A DNA stretch of 64,000 bases from assembly GCA_963801605.1 (NCBI GenBank), contig CAWDFP010000006.1, positions 1,280,001-1,344,000 on the forward strand. Reading direction: 5' to 3'. Positions 32,197-41,088 of the stretch are shown one piece after another (position 1 is the stretch's first letter; each line of letters starts with the position of its first letter). The notes under the pieces were generated by a model that saw only the letters and a program-made list of their open reading frames with translations, searched no databases and was not told the origin of the DNA. The DNA is from an uncultured candidate division Zixibacteria bacterium. GTDB taxonomy: Bacteria > Zixibacteria > MSB-5A5 > UBA10806. The position numbers and the translations under genes are program-made.

Positions 32197-33306
32197 CTAC
32201 CTGAATTGCCAGCTTGCCGTATCCGGTACTACCACCTTTGATTTCAGAATCACGCCTGATGGATACTCAAGTGCAAATTGGTATTTTGAATTCGTTTTCG
32301 AAAGAACGCTATTAGGGAAAAGATCAATCTGCCAGTAGCCGCTGGAATCGCTGGTTGTGGAACGTTTGAAAGGCGTAATCACTATATTGCCATATTTAAC
32401 GGGTTGGTAGTCCGCTGGAATCTCCGCAGAAATAGTTGCACCCGTCACATCCTTTCCGCTGATATCATAAACCCAGCCATAAACGCGGCATAATTCCGGC
32501 GATGGCGGGTTGCCGGGATCAAACGGTGTCATGCTTAATTGCCAGACCGAATCGCGATGAACGTCAAGGGTATCATATATCGAAACGTAATTGTTGGCCG
32601 TAACAGATATAAAGTACGAGGCTTCGTCAAGCTCGACGATTCTTCTTCCGTTTATATCGGTGGAAAGACCCGGCACTCTGGTGACTGTTTGATCCAGCGA
32701 CCTGATCACAATTCGGGCGCCCTGGATAGGAGATATGCCGTTTTGTTTGACCAATAACGTGCAGGCTTCGCTTCCCCCGCCGCTGATGGAAAGCCCGGCG
32801 ATATCAGCATCGATACCATCTACACCATTGCCATCGGTAAAATCATATACCATTTTAAGACGATCCAGAGCCCTGATATAGGCAGTATCTGAGACAGCAA
32901 GCAAACTCTCGATTGGATGCTCACTGACATAATACCAGCCCTTATGCATGTGACTGACCCGTTTGCCGTTGTAGTTTTTGGTTACCAACGCCCACCAGGT
33001 ATAAGCCCCGAGATGGCCGCTGCTATCCGAGGCTCGAGACCGCCATTCAAACATGGTGTTCGCTGGCCAGGAGTTGCCTATATCGTAAGCGGTAGGAGAT
33101 GTAAGTGTAACCTCCTTAAAGGCGGCGCTTCCGTAACATTGCTTGATATAGGCGGTATCCCAGGCGGCGTAATCAAGTCCTTGAGAATCGGCGAAACAGA
33201 ACTGAATGACGAGAGTATCATTTTTATCTCCAGAACCGTTATCAAAAATCAAACCGGCCCAGGCTGTCGATGTCAGCAACAGGAAGCCTGCCAATATTTT
33301 CTTCAT
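32197..33306 (-). CDS. Secreted protein with C-terminal carboxypeptidase-regulatory-like/Ig domains
   Basis: Signal peptide MKKILAGFLLLTSTAWA; 'CRVYGWVYD.SG..V.GA.I', 'SDSSGYWQIDL.PNS'. Confidence 0.65.
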   Translation of the reverse strand: MKKILAGFLLLTSTAWAGLIFDNGSGDKNDTLVIQFCFADSQGLDYAAWDTAYIKQCYGSAAFKEVTLTSPTAYDIGNSWPANTMFEWRSRASDSSGHLGAYTWWALVTKNYNGKRVSHMHKGWYYVSEHPIESLLAVSDTAYIRALDRLKMVYDFTDGNGVDGIDADIAGLSISGGGSEACTLLVKQNGISPIQGARIVIRSLDQTVTRVPGLSTDINGRRIVELDEASYFISVTANNYVSIYDTLDVHRDSVWQLSMTPFDPGNPPSPELCRVYGWVYDISGKDVTGATISAEIPADYQPVKYGNIVITPFKRSTTSDSSGYWQIDLFPNSVLSKTNSKYQFALEYPSGVILKSKVVVPDTASWQFR

Positions 33307-33908
33307 CTATCATTCTCCATTCTAATCATTCTCTGGCGACGCACTAACAATGCAGATTCATGGTAGAAAATTTTTATCGCCATGCAATCGATATAAGTAT
33401 CTGTTAGCCACTCATCCCAGGAAGTAACCGCATAAAGGCCGAAAGCAGTTGAGTTCGCGCCCGAAATAGTAATAACGATGGGATCGAAATTGAGAAATCT
33501 CGCGCTGTCTGCTCCGGCAACCCCTGAAAGAAGAAATTCGTGCCAGGCGCCGCGGTTTGAACCGGCAATGAATCCGATCTCAAGAATAGCGTAGTCGCCT
33601 TCGCTTGAACCAGCCCCCGTAAATTTATACCAGAGGCTGTCGATTATCGCGTCTGAGGGCAAACTAAATCCATAGTTGGATGTAAAAAGGCTATCATCTA
33701 CGTTGAGACCCATATAGTAGGCGCTGGAGCCATTGCAGGTTTGTACGTAATTGGGATATTCCCACCCCGATCCGGATGCGACCGAATCGCTTTGAGGATA
33801 ATGCCAACCGGTGCTTGCGCCAAATGCCGTAGATACTAAGGCGGCCATTAATATTATGACCAGAAAGCAGACGCGGGACGGAAAGCTATCGTTTATTTTG
33901 ATTGTCAT
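33303..33908 (-). CDS. Exported beta-sandwich hypothetical protein
   Basis: Hydrophobic N-terminal signal, 'NYGFSLPSDAII' motif; overlaps the next gene. Confidence 0.55.
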   Translation of the reverse strand: MTIKINDSFPSRVCFLVIILMAALVSTAFGASTGWHYPQSDSVASGSGWEYPNYVQTCNGSSAYYMGLNVDDSLFTSNYGFSLPSDAIIDSLWYKFTGAGSSEGDYAILEIGFIAGSNRGAWHEFLLSGVAGADSARFLNFDPIVITISGANSTAFGLYAVTSWDEWLTDTYIDCMAIKIFYHESALLVRRQRMIRMENDR

Positions 33909-33916
33909 TCTCCTTC

Positions 33917-34739
33917 CTATGCTTTCGATGGTGACTTAAAGGAACTTATGGCGATCGCAAAACGCGAAAGGATATTGAACGATTCCTTGCGGTACATATC
34001 AGAGATGGTAGCCCAGGATTGTGCATCATTGCCAGAGGTTTTGACCCGCAGCAGGCGATAGCGATTCCATTGCTTTGATACGGCAGATAATCGATACTGC
34101 CATATAGGTCTCAGCCATCACCAAACCGCGGTCGGACGATTCCCGATACGATTCATCGATAAATGAATTAACCTGTTCGTTGGCTTCGGTTATGGCATTA
34201 TCAATAGTGGAATCATCAAGGCTTCCATATTCGGTGGTATAATCGATCAAGACCCATTGTCCGGCCTCGATTGCTCCGGCGGAACGGCGGCGGATAGTCC
34301 CTGCCTGGTAATCGATATCGTAATCGACTCCTCTTTGGTAGACCCGGTAAAATTGATACCAGATTACAACATCGGAGTTGGCCGGAATAGCGCTTACCGT
34401 TAAACGGCGAATCGTGCCGAGACTGTAATCAATATGGTAATCGATATTTTCCACATAAACGATACCCAGGGAACTATCGCTGGCAACAATTATCGAATCG
34501 GGTATTAATTTGGGATGTCCAAGCTGAACCTCATCTCCCATAGCGAAGCTAATCGTTTCCCTAACCGGGACATTTTGCTCTTTGGCTTTAATCGTTTCGG
34601 ATGATGCCAGAATCATCTGATTCTGAAGTTGCGTAGAATCCGAGACTGAGAACTCGGCGGTTTCATTAGAGACGATTGCCGAACCTATATGATGATCCAG
34701 AATATGCTTTTTTACGATTTCGTTTGTTGTAAATGGCAT
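33917..34739 (-). CDS. Head-tail adaptor-like protein with inserted tandem beta repeats (frameshift near 34045)
   Basis: N-terminal 'MPFTTNEIVK'; C-terminal 'IDNAITEANEQVNSFI..LVMAETYMAVS', then in the shifted frame 'WATISDMYRKESFNILSRF' to TAG 33917. Confidence 0.5.
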
Positions 34740-34740
34740 T

Positions 34741-35112
34741 TTAGTTCATCTCCATAATTATGAGGTCAACCAGGGCATCGGTCTCAGACTCGGGCGATTT
34801 CGCCAGTCGAAATGATGTTGTCCCAATCGATCCTACCACAAAGCTTCCGACTTCGTTTTTGGGGACAATGATGATCTCAGCATTATTTAGCGATTCGGGC
34901 AGCGCGTTGCCTCGGTGGTCAACTAAGTCTGCAAATTCCACGACTTGAGCAGCCGCGCCGCAGAGTTCGCGAAAGACGATCAGACGATTTGAAGATGGAC
35001 CATTTTCGGTGGCGATGATTGCGGTATCGAGCGAGCCGGAATCTCCCCAGACAACATAATCGCGTACCAGCCACTTGCGATTGCCGGTGAGATAATCGAA
35101 TGTCACATTCAT
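34741..35112 (-). CDS. Hypothetical protein in capsid operon
   Basis: 123 aa ORF tightly coupled to both neighbours. Confidence 0.6.
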   Translation of the reverse strand: MNVTFDYLTGNRKWLVRDYVVWGDSGSLDTAIIATENGPSSNRLIVFRELCGAAAQVVEFADLVDHRGNALPESLNNAEIIIVPKNEVGSFVVGSIGTTSFRLAKSPESETDALVDLIIMEMN

Positions 35113-36548
35113 GCGCCCTCCTCGGCAAGCGCCAGATCATTGAGTTTGGCGGCAGCTAATATCTGGGTGCCAATCGGATTAGTTTCAAAGCCGTTCTCGA
35201 CTCGCGCCCGAACCCAATAAGCGGAGATATTGTTTACCAGACCCAACTGCCAACCGGATGGAGCCGACGCAGCATCCTGCCAGAAATAGATAAGCACATC
35301 AGGGGAATCGAAATTATATCCTCCGGAATTAGGCGTAAATTGCACCCAGGATGAACCATCGAAATATTCCCAGACAACACTGCCTCCGGTACCGGAGGTC
35401 GATAGAATTATAGCGGCACAGAAGAATTTCGATTGCTTTCCCAGATATATACAATCGCCTATCGAATCGAGCAGCCCTTGCGATATCGAATGGAAAATAT
35501 CACCGGCCGTGGTATTGCCTGCCGCTGAGGTTTTATCCTGATACTGCGGCGATCCGGCATTCACATAGAGTATGACCTTATCCAATTGTCCCAGAGCCTG
35601 CGAAAAATTCTCCAGGTTAAAAACCGATCCTGATTTTCTGGCATAGCGCGGAATGAAGTAATTATTTCCCAGATGTTTTCCAAAGAAGATGTGAGGCTTA
35701 TTATCGCGGTAAATTATCTGAGGGGATCTAGCCTCAACGCTTTCCACCTCGATCAAGCCGCTCCAGAGTAGACCATCGAATTCCTTAAGGTAGACTTTGT
35801 CTGATTCTGACGGGGAAAATACAACTCCGAGCCTGCCGTCCTCACTTGGAGCTAAATGAAAGCAATCATCTATATAATCCAGCGAGGCGATAGCCGATTC
35901 ATCCTCCCAAACAGGGTTTGAAAGATCGCATCTTCTTAATATCAGGTTGGATCGTCCCACACAATAGACGGCATATATTTTGGATAGATGCTGACAGATT
36001 CCGACATAACCTTGTTCCACCCAGGACGCCGAAAGTGTTGTTCCCCGATCTGTCGGGCCGGTCCCCCAGCTTTGGCCGTCATCCGTTGATGTTTTAGCCT
36101 GGATCGTGTGCCTCATATTGGTAGAAATCCAATGATGATCGAACAGGCACCACAGCTTACTATCGGCATCTTTCAGAATGACCGGTCGGGAGGAATGATC
36201 AAGATTACAAACGACAAGAGGGCTTCCCTGATTCCAGACTCCCGCGTTCAGAGTCAACTTGATTACCTTCAAGACCTGATTCGTATCGGCATAAACCAGG
36301 TAAATATTCCCCGCGGAATCGATACATGCTGAGAAAGGGGAATCATGAGCGTCGCTGGCAATCTGCTGAGCCGCCGACCATGACTGATAGGGATAATCGG
36401 CAAATTTCAGCGATATGCTATTGGCTGAGTCGGCGTAAAGCGCCACCAACCGGCCCTTGAAAATGCCTGATGGCACTTTCAGAAGCCTCGTTTGGGGCGG
36501 CGACCCGGATGGCCGGGCCGCCGTCGAATTTGAAAGCAGTTTATGCAT
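35109..36548 (-). CDS. Beta-propeller/BNR-repeat protein in capsid operon (possible virion appendage)
   Basis: Asp-box 'STDDGQSWG', propeller-like repeats, C-terminal 'WEYFDGSSW' and 'YWVRARV'; no signal peptide. Confidence 0.55.
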   Translation of the reverse strand: MHKLLSNSTAARPSGSPPQTRLLKVPSGIFKGRLVALYADSANSISLKFADYPYQSWSAAQQIASDAHDSPFSACIDSAGNIYLVYADTNQVLKVIKLTLNAGVWNQGSPLVVCNLDHSSRPVILKDADSKLWCLFDHHWISTNMRHTIQAKTSTDDGQSWGTGPTDRGTTLSASWVEQGYVGICQHLSKIYAVYCVGRSNLILRRCDLSNPVWEDESAIASLDYIDDCFHLAPSEDGRLGVVFSPSESDKVYLKEFDGLLWSGLIEVESVEARSPQIIYRDNKPHIFFGKHLGNNYFIPRYARKSGSVFNLENFSQALGQLDKVILYVNAGSPQYQDKTSAAGNTTAGDIFHSISQGLLDSIGDCIYLGKQSKFFCAAIILSTSGTGGSVVWEYFDGSSWVQFTPNSGGYNFDSPDVLIYFWQDAASAPSGWQLGLVNNISAYWVRARVENGFETNPIGTQILAAAKLNDLALAEEGA

Positions 36549-36562
36549 TAGCTACCTCAATC

Positions 36563-37660
36563 TCAAGTCCAGACCGAGTCGAGCACCAATGAGGCCTCTT
36601 TGACCACCTTGGCATAAGCGATAGACTCGGATATTACGGCCTCCTCGATCTTTTGCTCGATCACCTTGTCATATTCCACCATCAGAGGCTGGCTGATGAC
36701 TTCCTCGATCGCAAAACGGTTGTCGAGTCCGATCAAATAATCGGTGGGAACCTCATCACATCGAATCAGGGTGGCGCCCAGGGGCGAGGTGATCTCTCCG
36801 TTGGTCTGGAAATTGAAACCGATCATCGGGTCTTTGAATTCGGTGAGAGTCAGGATCGATCTAATCTTGTCCTTATGACAAATAAGAACATTGGGCTGAT
36901 AGGGATAGAATTCATTCCAAAATTTCACCAGGTCGTCATAATCGAGCGTGCCGGTGACATCGGTATTGACGACCGTCGCCGAATTGGTATTGCCATCGCC
37001 ATTAATGATGGTATTCACAATCAAAGCCATCTTGTCGGATTGCAGCCGGTAACCGATGTACCACAAGAGCACCTTGAACTGCGCCATACTGCGGTACCGC
37101 AGCGCTTTGTACGTAACTTTGAGCGTCAGGCCGTAATCGGGCACCACGATCGTATTATTCTGTTCGGTGACATTGACCGATGGAATCTCGGCGCCATCGC
37201 CAACCGGACGAAGCGACATGGAAGCATCGGTAGCGCTGTGATCTATCTTAATAGGAGAATAGCGCGAGGTATTTACCTGGGCGCTGGAGGCTATCAGCCG
37301 TCCCAGTTCCGGCCGCATATTCATGCCTCTGCGAATCTCGCGCATCATAAATTCGGGCATCAAAGCCGGCGCTCCGCGATAGAACATTTCGACCGTGATC
37401 GGATTGCGTCCGCCGGTGCGCAAACCACGTAGAGCCAATTGACGCTCGAACGCATCGAGCGGTGAACTTGCGGGACTGGGATCGTACTCCGATTGCTCCA
37501 GAAGCTCGGTGAGAGTCAGGCCGCGGGCTTGAGCATCCATATAGAGGTCGCGGCTAACATCGATCTTTTTGGCGCGCGTCAAATCAACTGATTTTGCGCC
37601 TTTGGTATCGGATACAAATGCATTTCCTAAATCGGACGATAACAGTTTTTCCATTTCCAT
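36563..37660 (-). CDS. Phage major capsid protein (HK97 fold)
   Basis: 365 aa; 'LDAFERQL', 'LMPEFMMREIRRGM', 'VGDGAEIP', 'YGLTLKVTYKALR', 'IINGDGNTNSA', 'LDYDDLV', 'EYDKVIEQKIE'; follows a decoration-like gene. Confidence 0.8.
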   Translation of the reverse strand: MEMEKLLSSDLGNAFVSDTKGAKSVDLTRAKKIDVSRDLYMDAQARGLTLTELLEQSEYDPSPASSPLDAFERQLALRGLRTGGRNPITVEMFYRGAPALMPEFMMREIRRGMNMRPELGRLIASSAQVNTSRYSPIKIDHSATDASMSLRPVGDGAEIPSVNVTEQNNTIVVPDYGLTLKVTYKALRYRSMAQFKVLLWYIGYRLQSDKMALIVNTIINGDGNTNSATVVNTDVTGTLDYDDLVKFWNEFYPYQPNVLICHKDKIRSILTLTEFKDPMIGFNFQTNGEITSPLGATLIRCDEVPTDYLIGLDNRFAIEEVISQPLMVEYDKVIEQKIEEAVISESIAYAKVVKEASLVLDSVWT

Positions 37661-37726
37661 TATTTCTCTCCTTTTGATTTCATGAGTGGCAGACCCCTGG
37701 GCCTGCCTGGCGATCTTTCATTAATC

Positions 37727-38149
37727 CTAATTCAAAATCAGCGTTACGTCTGTAGCGCCGTTGACATTGACGACCGTACCGCGAGCCACGTTACCGCCGG
37801 CGGGATCGTACGCGGCCAAAACAGGTGCTTGCCTGACAGCCCCGGAGCCATTAACCACCACTCGATTGCCAACTGCCGGCGTTGTTGCCGCTGATGTTAA
37901 AGTGCAGATACCGCCGACCTGGACTGTAGCGACGCGCTTGCCGTTATCGACATCGGTCAGCGAAAGATCGATGAGCTTTCCGAGCAGAATGCCGCCATTG
38001 GTTCCCAGGCTGATTTCGTAATTGCCCACGATACTTACAGCCTTGCCAATATCAATATCCTTGAGATCATCAAGATTGGCGGTCTGATGAATCTTGAATG
38101 TCGCTGTTTGAAAGCCGATACTCTGCAAATTTTGGTCTCTTACTGCCAT
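37727..38149 (-). CDS. Capsid decoration/cement-like protein (DUF2190-like)
   Basis: 140 aa Gly/Val-rich 'IGKAVSI.G', 'ATVQVGG', 'PAVGNRVVVNGSGAV'; immediately upstream of the capsid gene. Confidence 0.6.
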   Translation of the reverse strand: MAVRDQNLQSIGFQTATFKIHQTANLDDLKDIDIGKAVSIVGNYEISLGTNGGILLGKLIDLSLTDVDNGKRVATVQVGGICTLTSAATTPAVGNRVVVNGSGAVRQAPVLAAYDPAGGNVARGTVVNVNGATDVTLILN

Positions 38150-38215
38150 TGTTTCTCCTTTTGATTAAATGCTGCGATTTTGATCTCATATCTTACTGCG
38201 ATTCCCGAATCTGAT

Positions 38216-38440
38216 TTACCTGTAATCCCCCGTATAAATGATTTTGCTATGTTCGATCGATTCCCTTGTCTTCAGCAGACGCATTTGGATAGGATTTAGA
38301 TCCATGTGCATTCCACTCGTTTGAAGCTCGCTTTTGATTATTTCCAGATCGGAGGTTATCCGATCAAAATCAATCTGTTCCGTTTTCAAAGGCGTCTTCA
38401 ATTGATTTCTTGATTCCCTCGATTCGTTTGACAATTTCAT
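38216..38440 (-). CDS. Small helical hypothetical protein (possible scaffold remnant)
   Basis: 74 aa ORF with upstream GGAGG, co-oriented inside the operon. Confidence 0.45.
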   Translation of the reverse strand: MKLSNESRESRNQLKTPLKTEQIDFDRITSDLEIIKSELQTSGMHMDLNPIQMRLLKTRESIEHSKIIYTGDYR

Positions 38441-38483
38441 TTATTTCCAAATTGACCTCCTTGACAGTTGGGTAGACCCAACC

Positions 38484-38798
38484 CTATTTGCCGCTGTTAT
38501 AATTCATTGGTCTTGATGTTTTTGCCTTTGGCTGTTCCAGTATGGTCTCAATAGCCGAAAGCCTGGCAACTACCTCATTTTTGAAATCGAAGAGATCGCC
38601 CTTGGTGGAAAACCGCTCATTGATTGTGGCCTCAAGGCGGGCCAGACGAATATCGAGCTCGGCCACATAATGTTCCTCGGCCTTGGTGGCAAGCCCGACG
38701 CGAAGGCCGGTATAAGCGGCATAGTATCCGGATAACGCCGCAGCTACAGCCATGGCAAAGCTTATCAGGTATTTCACAAGCGGTTCTTTGGGAAACAT
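38484..38798 (-). CDS. Small protein with N-terminal TM anchor and coiled coil
   Basis: Hydrophobic segment then heptads 'LDIRLARLEATINERF'; GGGAG RBS. Confidence 0.55.
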   Translation of the reverse strand: MFPKEPLVKYLISFAMAVAAALSGYYAAYTGLRVGLATKAEEHYVAELDIRLARLEATINERFSTKGDLFDFKNEVVARLSAIETILEQPKAKTSRPMNYNSGK

Positions 38799-38810
38799 AT
38801 TTGAACTCCC

Positions 38811-39524
38811 TTACTCGTCTTTGATAAGAAGGCATTCACGGCCGCCGAATAGCCCAACGGCTGTGCGTCGATCTGATTCAGTCACCGACCTGATTTCAGC
38901 GCAACTCACCCGGATAACTTTCTTAATATCTGCCGAAAGCTTGTCGGTGATATAGGTGCCTCTAACCGATCCTTTGTAGACCAGCGATGTTTCCAATACC
39001 TGCGAAATACCGCCGTAAATGAAATGGGGCGAGTCGGGGCCAGCGCCAGGATCATGTGGACATCGCCGGATATCCTCGCCGCAGATTGAGCATTCGGGAA
39101 CGGTGTAGATAAATGAAATCGAACACTCTTTTAAAATGCCTGAATCGATCTTAAGAAGCAGTTCGTCGCTTCCCTCGGCTCTTGGCCAATAGAAGTAGCT
39201 CTTAAGCCAGAGAATCTCGCCGCCCTCTTCCAGCTCAGCGTGAAAGGTGCGCGCCAACGGAGTTTCGGAACGGTTATGGCCAACGAGCACCGGGGTATCC
39301 GCAATCAGCTCGCAGAGTTTTGACAGGTCCTCCCGACGAAATCGTCCTCCATGCGAATTGATCATATCGTTGACCACATACATGGCTCGGATATTGACAT
39401 TTTCCGCAGTAGCCGGCTTGGGCGGTTTTATGATGCTGTTGATTTTGTCAATCAGGGCAGCCCGGCGATCTTCCGGATCACCAAGTGATAAACTGCCGAT
39501 TAGCGTTTCAGTAATCTTTTCCAA
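38811..39524 (-). CDS. Prohead maturation protease-like protein with Zn-ribbon
   Basis: GGAGG RBS plus TTG 39524; 'PVLVGHN' (His), 'IDSGILKECSISF' (Ser), 'CSICG....CPH', 'ETSLV'. Confidence 0.65.
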   Translation of the reverse strand: MEKITETLIGSLSLGDPEDRRAALIDKINSIIKPPKPATAENVNIRAMYVVNDMINSHGGRFRREDLSKLCELIADTPVLVGHNRSETPLARTFHAELEEGGEILWLKSYFYWPRAEGSDELLLKIDSGILKECSISFIYTVPECSICGEDIRRCPHDPGAGPDSPHFIYGGISQVLETSLVYKGSVRGTYITDKLSADIKKVIRVSCAEIRSVTESDRRTAVGLFGGRECLLIKDE

Positions 39525-39553
39525 TTTTCCTCCTTCCACCAAAAAGCATTTAT

Positions 39554-39603
39554 AAATCAAAATGCACTTTGAACGCGTTTTAGAGTCGCTATAAGAGCGT
39601 GGA
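39554..39603 (-). promoter_or_regulatory. Shared upstream motif, copy 1 (capsid operon)
   Basis: Minus strand TCCACGCTCTTA-N10-AAAACGCGTTCAAAGTGCATTTTGATTT; both blocks are identical to 54337-54385. Confidence 0.8.
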
Positions 39604-39871
39604 AAGGTAGGGGGGAACAATCCTTTGACGGAGAGAGGACGATCGTTCGGTTTTTATGAAAATCGTCTACGAGAGTACAAAATAATTTTTTTGACAGGAT
39701 TATTTGAATGTTAGAACAAACATGGCTGTAAACATAATCCTATGCAGAGTATTTCATTATCTGCAACTGGAATATTTACTCGATTAGCTTATATAGAAGT
39801 TTAGGGCTGGTTTTAAAATTATAAATCGTTGATATTACGGCATTTGCATTTTCTTTAAAAAGAAAACCCGA

Positions 39872-39887
39872 AGGCATGGATATTGCA
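39872..39887 (+). promoter_or_regulatory. Sigma-54-like -24/-12 promoter
   Basis: AGGCATGGATATTGCA: GG(39873-74)-N10-GC(39885-86). Confidence 0.5.
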
Positions 39888-39898
39888 ATTAATTACAA

Positions 39899-40040
39899 CC
39901 GATGAGCAATTCCGCAATTAAGACCTGCCTCCTGACCGCTGCTTAGCGTGTTTTGCGCCAGTCCCTTATGGGGCGGAGCAATCCGCACCACCTCGAAGAC
40001 CGGCTTACCCCCCCCTCCTTAAGACCGGTCTTCACTTTTT
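39899..40040 (+). ncRNA. Candidate small RNA with anti-SD (CCUCCUU) terminator loop
   Basis: No ORF in the track; GCGGA-GCAA-TCCGC hairpin, then GAAGACCGG...CCGGTCTTC hairpin plus T run; related to 60706-60747. Confidence 0.45.
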
Positions 40041-40079
40041 ATATGATTTGCGAGTGATGTTTAACTCTGTTTAGTGCTA

Positions 40080-40301
40080 TCAAGCCGGTGGTAGTTTTGA
40101 ACCCCAAAACGGCACTTTCAAGATGGGAGCGAGTATGCAACCATTGATGATCCCCAATGTCAACGGAAGTAATCCGAATATCGCTATAATCCATCCGCCC
40201 GTACCGTGGATAACGCTGATTCCAAGGATAATCAGGACCAAGCCAACCACTATTCGCAATCCCCTTCCAAATGCAGTGGCCATGAATCGTGCTAAACCCA
40301 T
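40080..40301 (-). CDS. YgaP/DUF2892-like small membrane protein
   Basis: 'GRGLRIVVG', two TMs, 'GLLPL..G...C.LAP'. Confidence 0.75.
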   Translation of the reverse strand: MGLARFMATAFGRGLRIVVGLVLIILGISVIHGTGGWIIAIFGLLPLTLGIINGCILAPILKVPFWGSKLPPA

Positions 40302-40440
40302 CTGGTTCTCCTTTTTTTCATGGTTTGAATAATATCTATGTTGTCCAACGATCTTTCAGGGTCATCAAGTTTCCGCTGGCGAGACCTATCAGGCATATCA
40401 AAGCGATTCGCGGAATCAATCATTGTTGTGGTTACAGGTC

Positions 40441-40743
40441 TCAAATTCTACTAATTCTAACTAAGTCTATAAGCGTATCTCCCGCTAGGCAAAAGACTGC
40501 CTGAGCTGGACTCAATTTGGCCGAAATCCGCACTCGCAACCCCTCTTGCTGGAACGATTCCGGTAAGATCGTAAAACCATACCGATTGCCATCATCCATG
40601 GCAATTCCCCAGCATCCGCCTTCAAGGCCGCTGTAAACAATCGAGCCATTCCCGGTAATGAGATTCGCCCCCTGGTCGCTGCATCCACTAACCAGAACAA
40701 AACAAATGATTCCCAGCCCAATCGCGAAAATTAATTTCCCCAT
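40441..40743 (-). CDS. Small lipoprotein, paralog of 63500-63787
   Basis: Lipobox 'VSGC', 'CSDQGA', 'FQQEGLRVRI'. Confidence 0.7.
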   Translation of the reverse strand: MGKLIFAIGLGIICFVLVSGCSDQGANLITGNGSIVYSGLEGGCWGIAMDDGNRYGFTILPESFQQEGLRVRISAKLSPAQAVFCLAGDTLIDLVRISRI

Positions 40744-40871
40744 ATTGTCCTCAACTTGATCAGCCGCGAAAATTATAACTATGCAAAACGAATAAATACC
40801 CGCTGGAAATTTACCATCTTTCAGCCAATTGTCAATCAGATTGCATAAAAATCAATAGCTATTGCAGGGTA

Positions 40872-40895
40872 GTGTCGGGTCCTCGAACCCGACAC
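40872..40895. repeat. REP-like palindrome, copy B
   Basis: GTGTCGGGT-cctcga-ACCCGACAC. Confidence 0.75.
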
Positions 40896-41088
40896 AAATA
40901 AACATTGGCGGTTGGTTTCAAGACATAACGGTCCCCCGGATATTTTTCACTTAACAAAACTAATAAATTATTCGTATATTAATAATCTCGCGGCGGTCCT
41001 CATCCTGGTTTAACCAATTCAGGCTTTTATTTCAATTTTTGTTGGATTTGGATTGCAATTTTACGGGCGTTGTTGAACAGGTAATACG

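Noticed and set aside
28200..37432. Long antisense ORFs (28200-29180 and 36653-37432)
   Set aside because: Shadows of well-supported genes on the opposite strand, with no recognisable motifs.
36563..37660. Encapsulin nanocompartment
   Set aside because: A linked portal, terminase and prohead protease point to DNA packaging, and there is no adjacent cargo enzyme.
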